Origin: Camelus dromedarius
Lineage: Eukaryota
NCBI RefSeq assembly: GCF_036321535.1
Contig: NC_087436.1
Span: forward strand, 64,482,001-64,546,000
Direction of reading: 5' to 3'
DNA length: 64,000 bases
A program made the position numbers and the translations under genes. Positions 55,546 to 64,000 of the stretch are shown piece after piece. Positions within the stretch are counted from its first letter, which is position 1, and every line of letters begins with the position of its first letter. The notes under the pieces are model-generated. The model was not told the DNA's origin. It ran no database searches and saw nothing but the letters and a program-made list of their open reading frames with translations.

Positions 55546-57151
55546 TTATTATATATGGTGAAAGCCATGTTCCTTGATTAGACATGAAATCAATATTGTT
55601 TTATATGCTGAGATTCTTTTCAACCAGTGTAGAGTGAAAGATTCTTATTTGCATTTTACATGATTGATAAAGTTTCAAACCAATTCATTTGCAATGCAAT
55701 GACACTGGACCTTAAAAATAAAAATGCATTTGCAACCAAGTTTGCAACATAGGTAAACATCAGGTGTTTTTGCAATTAAGATAATCTGAAGATTTTAATA
55801 AGCTATATTACACATGGACTGCTAACAATGCATAGTCACCGTCTTAACTTCTTTCGTAATGGTGCTTTTAGTATTCCACTGAAACATGGCCAGTGAATGC
55901 ACAATATTCTTAGTTACCATTATGAGGGGCTCTGTGTATTACAGCCTCTCCACTGTGTCTGCTGTTAGCTAGAAAAATGCTGGGAGCAACAGCAGCTACT
56001 ATCAACAGGGAGCCATATTAATTATTTGAAATGTGCCTCATAAGAGGAATCAGCAGAGTTTATTACAAGTCGAATATTACTTGAAACGGGAAGGTTACTC
56101 TAACTGTTATCATAATCTATGTGTCATTAACTTTCCTTGTTTAGGAAAAGAGATTAACACCCCTGTTAATTGCTATAGTAAATGTATAAAGTATAACTGC
56201 ATATTCCCATTGTAGAAAGAAGGTAGTGTGTTTTCTACTTGTACCCAAACCTTTTTATATAAAGTAGGTTTAGAAATTGAACTCTAGTTATGCTTTCTTG
56301 CCTCAAAATCCTAATTGCTTACTGGATCATAGGTATACAAACTATATAGCTACTTTGAGCATTAGAAAATCTGTTTTTAAGCTGGCTTTTTTTTTTTTTT
56401 GCAGTCAGCATTTTGGCCTTCAAATCAATTTTAACACTTTTTTAACTCATAAGACAGAAAGTGTATTATTGCAGATATGTATGTGTGCTGGCAAAGTGCT
56501 TTGCAAAAAACAGAGGATGAATCCATCTACCTGTTTTTTATATTGTGGTTAGTTACTATTTTTTCATCAAATATAATCAGCAATAGGAGTAGTTTTCTTT
56601 TCAAATACAGGTAAAAAATACTTAAAAAGCAAAGTAAATCATAAAAATAAAGTGTAAATTCATTAGGATCGTAAAGTTGTCTAAGTGCTAATCATAGCGT
56701 TATCTGATGTAGAGGACAGTCTGCAGATTCTTTATTACTGATCTGCTGTGAAGTAAATGCAGAAAGGAAGAATGTTTACAAACACTTAAAGTAAATTGAT
56801 TGAGTACTTAATTGCTGTTTAATCTGACAATGAAACCAAGGTTTTTTATTTGGCATGTCTTTGTTTTTAATTTTTCCACGTCATTTTTCGTGTCAGTCAT
56901 TTTTATTGTATTTCTTAAAGTTTCACTCTACAATAAATTTGTGATTTAACAACAGCAACAACAAAACTAGATGGTTTGAGGACTGATTTAATTGGTTGAT
57001 GTTTAGATGGCACACAATGATTCTATGTTTGGATAGATCTGCCTGCACTCTGTAATGGCTATTAATTCAGCGTGGAGAGAGATGATGTGACATCATAAAA
57101 AAAAAAGTAAAAGACATAATGTCTTCTTAACATTTATTTTTGGGTCCACAG

Positions 57152-57232
57152 GGCAGGCACATCATGGACAGGTATCGTACATCTCTCCACCAATTCACCT
57201 TGACTCTGAGCTAGAAAGACCCCCTGTTAGAG
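57152..57232 (+). CDS. ADGRL3: ADGRL3 81-nt exon, linker after the OLF domain
   Basis: Acceptor ...gggtccaCAG (57149-57151), donor AG|GTGAGT (GT 57233-57234). Reads (G)GG CAG GCA CAT CAT GGA CAG GTA TCG TAC ATC TCT CCA CCA ATT CAC CTT GAC TCT GAG CTA GAA AGA CCC CCT GTT AGA G = GQAHHGQVSYISPPIHLDSELERPPVR. This continues the OLF exon in phase and matches the latrophilin-3 sequence as I recall it. Confidence 0.95.
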
Positions 57233-57984
57233 GTGAGTTGTTGTTTTCTTTTTTTACTTAAAGGAAAAGAAACTCTATTCATTCCTTGATGAAGGCCTTG
57301 ATAAATGTGTATTTTACAATGCACTGCCTGTTTACAAAACAGGAGGAAAATGGTATGTCAGGACTATGATAACAGAAAGAGTAAGTCTTCTTTATAAACT
57401 AAGATGGGAAATGTTGTTCTGAGAAATGTTGGTAAACCAACAGAAGAAATAGGGATCCACAGTGGAAGACTAGTTGAAAATCAGCCTAGATTTAGAGATG
57501 ACCAGATAATCATTCCTTTTTTTATTGGAACTGTCTTCTACTACTATCCTTTTATTTTATTTTTTAAAATAAATTGAAATATCTAAATCTAAGTCACACT
57601 GACAATTTCCTTGCAGAGTGATATTTTATATTATATTGTTATTCTATTTAAAAGTCATTTTAGTATTGATACGATAATTTAGCTTTAAAATATATAGATT
57701 AAAGTTATATATTTAAATTGATGCCATCTGTGTAAAGATTTTTAAAAATAGCCAGTCATACAAAATAGGAGTTAAAAGTAACATTTATTATCTCATAATC
57801 TAAATATAGAATGTATCTTTCTACTTTAAAAAATAGTGATTTTTTAAATGTTTTGTAATGTTCAGAGTGATGTAAAGTAGACACGACTTTTGATTTTATA
57901 AATACCAAATACCCTAATTTAAATTTGATTAAATTTAGTTAATTTTTTGGTTTAAAGTAATACAGTATATTTTCTTTAAAAGCT

Positions 57985-58360
57985 ATTATATCTGACTTCC
58001 ATGAGCATGTTTTCTGTACATGCTATTTCCTCTTCCAGGAGTCTCTTACCTTTTCTACCCAATAAGTTTCTGCCAGTGTTTCAACGCTCTGCTTATCTTC
58101 AGTTCCTCCATTAAGCCTTCCTAGACTATGTACTAGACAGGAGCTAAGTGCACGCTTCTATCCTCCAAATATCTCCGGTGCTTGCCTCAGTGATTACACC
58201 TAAAACATTGCATTTTATTTTTTAGTGTGCTTGTTTCCTTTTCTCTTCTGTAATGTCCTTGAGGGCAAAGAGGGCTATAATTATTATTTCTCCTCCAGCC
58301 ACTGGTCTGTGCTTGGCCCATAATAGGAACTCACAATGATTTCTGTCTAAGTGACTGAAA
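57985..58360 (+). mobile_element. L2 fragment
   Basis: catgctatttcctcttccagga...tccttgagggcaaagag...tgcttggcccataataggaactcacaat. Confidence 0.55.
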
Positions 58361-59094
58361 GTGAAGGTGACAGCCTAGATTCTGAAGGATGCATCCTCAT
58401 TTTCCAAGAAGAAAACAGCAGGGACAGTTAGAGAATCTCACAAAGAGGAAGCAGAAAAAACTATGGTTATATGAAGGTTGTGGTATTTTTCAGGAAATGT
58501 GCTGGGTGCGCAGTAAAATGGGCGTAGTTCTAGAGGAAGAGACTGGAAAGATGTAATGAGGTAGATTGTGGAAGATTCTGTATCACATGCCAAGGAGTTT
58601 GTATTTTATCCTCAGAAAAAATCATGAAATATTTTTAATTTTTAAAAAAATTTTCCCAAGTTAGTAGAGTATTACATCATAACATTATCAGTTCTTGATA
58701 TGAGAAAAATACCTCTGAAGTCAGTGTAGATGATGAGAGATTGGCAGAGGGAAGCTGTTTCAGTAATCCAGGTAAAAGAAGAGTGGGAAATTAGTTAGAA
58801 GTGTGTTGGCAGCAATGTCAGGGCCTGAGAAATATTTTGAAGAGATGTGGCATTGACTGAACAGATACAGGGGAAAGAGCAGAAATGCTTCTAAGATTTC
58901 TATATTGATTAACTGCTTGGATGCTTATGACATAATTCCTCATCATGAGGAATAGATGAATTTTAAATGGATGCTTTGTTTTAGACATGTTAATGCTTAG
59001 TAGAATGTTGTTCCTGTCAAAGATTTATGCAAATTGATGGCTTTAATTTAATTCTTCACGTGATCCCAGTATGATTTGGAAAGAGTACTGTACA

Positions 59095-59572
59095 ATCATG
59101 GATAGGATAGTGTAGTAATCTACTCTAAAAGTCAGTGGCTTAAAACAAGAAACATTTTTATAGTTCTCAGAATTCATTGAATTGCATCTGTGGTGACTTG
59201 ACTGAGGTTGGATGTTTAGTAGTTAAGCAGGCTGATGGATTTTTCAGGGGAGGAAACTCACTTACATGTTTGGTTGGTAGTCACCTTGATGTCATCTGGG
59301 GTGATGGCCATATGGCTGTCACCTTCCAGCCCACTAGCCCCTGCTCATTCCCATTGTGACAGGATTCCTAGCAATAAATAGGAACATCCCAAAGTTCAAA
59401 TATTGTTCAAGACTCTGCCTGTGTCTTGTTTGCTGTGTCCCATTAGCCAAAGCCAATCACACAGCCAACTCCAGACTTAAGAAATAGACTCCATCTCTTG
59501 ATGGAGGAACCACAATCCAGAGGACCATGGATACAGGAAGGAGAGGAATTTGGGCCATTTCAACCAACCATA
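59095..59572 (-). mobile_element. MLT1 (MaLR) solo LTR
   Basis: tcagtggcttaaaacaagaaacatttttatagttctca...cccattagccaaagccaatcacacagccaactccag...aaatagactccatctcttgatggaggaac. Confidence 0.75.
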
Positions 59573-59634
59573 GCTAGGCAGACAAAGAGTAAAATAAATT
59601 TAGAATGAAATAAGACAAACACTGAATGATAAAA

Positions 59635-60015
59635 TGAAGGGCTTTAGAGCCAATAAACTTAAACTGGGGAGTTCTAGACCTTTCTTACCTTTAGTTTCCT
59701 TAACTACTACACAGAAGATCAGAAATAAGAACTCCACAGTGTTTTTGTGAGGATTAGGGATAATATAGAGTCTGGCATCTGGTAGGCCCTAGATAAAATG
59801 TGGCTGTTACTATGTACTTGCAGGTTTGCGGCTGTGGCATATGGGAAGGAAGGCCTGCCAGGCAGCCAGGCAGCCCTGAATGACCTGAAGCAGCTTCTGT
59901 CTGTCACCTGTAAAACAAGGATAATGTCACCCTGGCATGTTTATAGGGATGATTAAGTGAAATAGTTAGTGTCAAGTTCCTGGCAAATACCTGACATAAA
60001 ACTAGACCCTAAAGA
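59635..60015 (+). mobile_element. MIR fragments
   Basis: gggctttagagcca...agtttcct...ttgtgaggattaggga and cacctgtaaaacaaggataatg...gatgattaagtgaaata. Confidence 0.55.
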
Positions 60016-61639
60016 GTTAGTAGGCAGGTAGGCATTATCACGAGCTTTGTTTTAAAATACCATCTTAGTAAAAGTAGTCATGGTATTGACCTGTGAAAAA
60101 TGAGTCACTAGAATCCAACAATGATCCCTGCTTGATATTTGCCTCCAATTGTGCTCTCTATGTTAGAATGATTGTCTTGTTAACTTGTAGTTCTCACATT
60201 GTTCCTCTACATGCAGTGACCCAAAGACCCTTCTAAACGGTCTGTGATTAATACAATTGCAGTTATAGTTATTAGCTCGTGTGCCACAGTCCTGCAATTT
60301 TCAAAAAAATAAGGACATTTATTAGATAAATAAAAGTTTGTATAAATCACTGAAGTAACATTGCAGAAGACTTGCTTTTTTCCTTAAAATTATCTAATAT
60401 TTCATTTAAAAACAAATATTGGAAATGGTATAGAGTTGGAAATATCATTACTTTGAAACTACAAAACATTTCCTTCGAACTTCCAACTATCACCTCCTCA
60501 TCTTCATTTACTATTTTTAATTATACTGTACATTTTTTATATTTATAATGTAGTCAAATTACACAAATGACCCATACAAATATCTATATCTATATATAGA
60601 GAGGATCTGTCATGAGTATTACAAGTTTTTAATTGAATGTATGCAATATAAGATAAATTAGCTTCTTTAAATAATTTGGAATTCTATCTCTAACAATTTT
60701 TCACAAGATTATATAGTAGTGTCCTTTGTACTACCTGAAAACCAACATTAGTGAACTCTTTTAGCTTTCCTTTTTCTATTTTTCTACTATAATTTTATAC
60801 ATACTGAGAATATGAGAGCTATGTTGTGATATCCTCCTTTCCCCACTGACCTACAGCTCTCTGTATTCTCTTCCTTTCCCTTCCTGTACCAGTTTTCCCT
60901 AGTGTATATGCATGTTAATGTTTCAGGAATTATTGCTTAACTTAGTAATCCTGTGCATTTTTCAGACTTCATTACATTTTTATGGAAAAGTCACACTTAA
61001 TTGTTTTATTGTCTTCAAGCTAGCAATACAAAACAATATTTCAAAATGTATTAATGTAGTTATCAATATTAGCACAGGGAATTTTTCAGTAGAAAGTATG
61101 AATTATCTAATATACAGTTGCACCGTCAGATTGCTTCAGATATTTTGCTGTTTTATTATGTTCTCATCTGAAATATTTTGGATTACTTGATAATCCAAGT
61201 AACAGTGATTGTGCTTTGAGTATTTGAGACAGTAAACTAAATATTGGTAACTCTGACATTGTGTTTTAAGCCTCTATTTTAAAAACTAATTACATAATTA
61301 TTTTTCATATAGATAGATAGATGTAGATATAGATATATATTATATTTTCATTCCTTTTTTTGTCCCCTCAAGTTCTATATAACCTGTGAATCCACATGTC
61401 ACCATGCTACCCTCCTTGCAATTCTTTCAATTTCTTTCACTTTTGCTCTCATCTTTTTTTTACGGAAAAAATATTTTGTGAAATTGATGCATTAGTTCGC
61501 CATAATATATTTCTTCTTTGGTATTGTGCATTTTAATTGTGACCAACATGCTTTTAGTAACCTTACAGAATAGCAGCAAGCTACCAAATAACTTTGAATA
61601 AAATGTTGAAATCTATATTTCAAAGTAGCTGAAGTATAT

Positions 61640-61675
61640 AAATTCAGTGACACTTACTGATGTGTCACTGAATTT
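61640..61675. repeat. perfect 14-bp inverted repeat with 8-nt spacer
   Basis: aaattcagtgacac (61640-61653), ttactgat, gtgtcactgaattt (61662-61675). Confidence 0.95.
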
Positions 61676-64000
61676 CTTTAAATCTAATGTGATCATACAT
61701 GACATTTGGTCACATAATTTATGCTTCTGATAACTTTATATACATTCTTCAATTTACAGATTTTGCTACTGAATAAGGGTGTAAATTTCAATAGTTTACT
61801 AGTACATTAATGTCACAATACATTACAAGGTAATTAACCAGAGCTGCCACTATAAATAGAAAAATAGTCACAGCCCTCACTATAAACTACTTAATAAAAA
61901 TAAGATCCTGAATCAGCATTCACCATTATAGTAATTTTTCTTGCCATACGTCTCATTAATCAGGACTTAAAAAAATTAGCTTCATCTAGAAGCACTATTA
62001 TTTTTAAGCCTTTCATTATTAAAAGAAGTTTGTTACAATTTTGTACTTAATTTAATGGGATTGATTATATATTTCTGTATGCAAATAAACTCTACATGCT
62101 TTTCAGACGTATTTCCTAATTCTGTATATTATAATTGGAAATGAAAGCCTACTTTGGTAGTTTTGTAGTAGATTTGTAAATAAGCACCACAGATTTCTTA
62201 GCAGGGCTCATTAGGATTTGCAGTTCTGAAGGACACGTGTCCTCACCAAGGATCCTTTCTCCTCAACTTTTTGCTTCCTAATTTCTCACAAAATACCCTA
62301 CCCAGGAATCATGTCTATATTACAGGCAGAATGACTCAATGAAGGTGTTTGGGTGGGATTTGTTTTGGAAGCTGAATCAGAACCCTAAGCAGAGGTGAAT
62401 ATTTAAATGCAGATATACCAGTCAAGGGCATACCTTCAGTTGAAACTGTGTTTTGTCTTGGTTTTGTTTCATTTCATTGTTTTTCTATACACTTTATTGA
62501 CAGCCTCAGCAGTCAGTGATAGAGCACTACCTGTGAATTCTTCCCATCACTAGGAATTTAGATAAGTTCCTGTCAGTAACCAAGGAAAGACATTAACTTC
62601 TGAAAAATGTCTTCCATTTATATTGCTAAGGATGATATTTTGAATATTCTGCTAAATAAAAATTTGACAGTTATCAGATACACTTCACCTTCCAATATGG
62701 AAAATCACTCATAATAAAGCTGGTGAAAACTGTAGTGTATTTATTTTGTACAGTATTTTGTATAATCTTCTTTTAGGTAAGGTCTTATATTTGATCACAA
62801 ATCTAATACTAAACACTAATTTATACATTTGCTAATTGTTGACAGTTACAGTTTCTACTCCAAGAAAAAGCTAAAATATTTGGGCACATTTGAAAAACTG
62901 CATCTATTTTTTAAGCTGTTTTTTCTATAATAATATGAGTAATATAAACATGATTCCATTGGCAGATAATCAGTGAACTAGAATAATGCCAGGCGTTATT
63001 CCATGTGCAAACTGAATTATATTCAGCAATCTACACACCAAAAATATTTTTTTTAGATCAAAATAAACATGATCCTGCCTGGGGCATCTGTATTAAAAAT
63101 AGGCTATAGCCAAAGATTTAGCATCACAAATTTTAGACATTGACACACAATATTATTTAGTGAAATACAAAAACATTTTAAATTGATTAAAATGAAATAG
63201 GAGCAAGATACCTGGCATTCTTATTGAGGAGTCTCCAAGCTTATTCTTTAATATGCTATGGTGGTGGTTTTCTAACTTACCTAGTTAGTTAGCAGATATC
63301 ATGTGGTGGAACATAATTCTATATCTTTATCCACTCTTAACCCGTGGTGATAAAAATTAAACTTGCATATAACAGAGTGCTTTGACCATGTTAAATAAAC
63401 ATCCTTTTCCTACACTTGCAAGTGCCAAACATTGTTTTGCTCTGTTTAAAATACTCTGTGAACACCTACAAGATAGAAGCTTAGTGTATAGCTTGTTATT
63501 ATTAATGGTAAACACCACTCCCGTTCATTAAGTATTTATCTTGTGTCAGACACAGGAAAAAATATTTTATACACATTGTCTCCTTTAGTCTTACAAGAAT
63601 CTTACCACTTTTTTCATTCAGACTTCCTTATCATTATTCCACTTCTAGCATCAAGCATACTACTATAATACTATATAGTAATAATTGAATTTGGGTTGAA
63701 TTTAGTTGAAGCTAAATTCTAAACTTGATAGTAAAATGTACTCTTTATTCAGTATTGTTAGGAATATGCATGAAGATTTTGTAAATTGTAACATACTTAA
63801 AAAATATAAATTATTGTTTAAAAGCCAACATTTATTATTTGAAATAATTTAGCACATTCCTGCAGGCCCCTTGTGGAATATAAAATTCATGTGTTGAGAA
63901 TAATTATTCCAGAGAGTAGTGTGATGTGGTAGTTTATCACATTAGGTTCCTAATCAGCTTGTCTTGGTGATCTCTCAGTGAGCCTGAATGAGAAGAGAGC

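Larger units (their letters stand above)
10939..57151 (+). other. ADGRL3: 46.2-kb GT-AG intron of ADGRL3
   Basis: Bounded by the OLF exon donor and the 81-nt exon acceptor. The protein reads continuously across it (…DGRSG QAHHG…), so no constitutive exon is needed inside. Confidence 0.9.

Noticed and set aside
57154..57177. Alternative CAG acceptor (57154-57156) and internal donor CAG|GTATCG in the 81-nt exon
   Set aside because: Both would frameshift, and both are dictated by the Gln codons.
1..64000. Prokaryote-style systems (CRISPR arrays, operons), tRNA/rRNA genes, CpG island or promoter
   Set aside because: None seen. The window is CpG-depleted mammalian intronic DNA with no regularly spaced repeat-spacer array.

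Overview
AT-rich, CpG-poor mammalian genomic DNA from inside the latrophilin-3 gene (ADGRL3/LPHN3, adhesion GPCR), transcribed on the + strand. Three coding exons can be read with canonical splice sites: a 15-nt micro-exon encoding the KVEQK insert (7994-8008), the 801-nt olfactomedin-domain exon (10138-10938), and an 81-nt linker exon (57152-57232) after a 46.2-kb intron. All three are phase 1/1 and multiples of 3. The rest is intron containing old interspersed repeats (MIR, L2, L3/CR1, L1M, MLT1, MER58, MER8, MADE2, MER5) and a few younger insertions with intact target-site duplications (a 5'-truncated L1 and two ERV1-type solo LTRs). The L1 tail type and the absence of recognisable lineage SINEs point weakly to a cetartiodactyl, possibly a camelid. 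I found no convincing new biological system. The best leads are the micro-exon and its splicing context, recursive-splice-site-like motifs, a CTCF site between two direct repeats, motif clusters and a perfect hairpin. Repeat names come from recalled consensus similarity, not from a search, and their boundaries are approximate unless a TSD is quoted.
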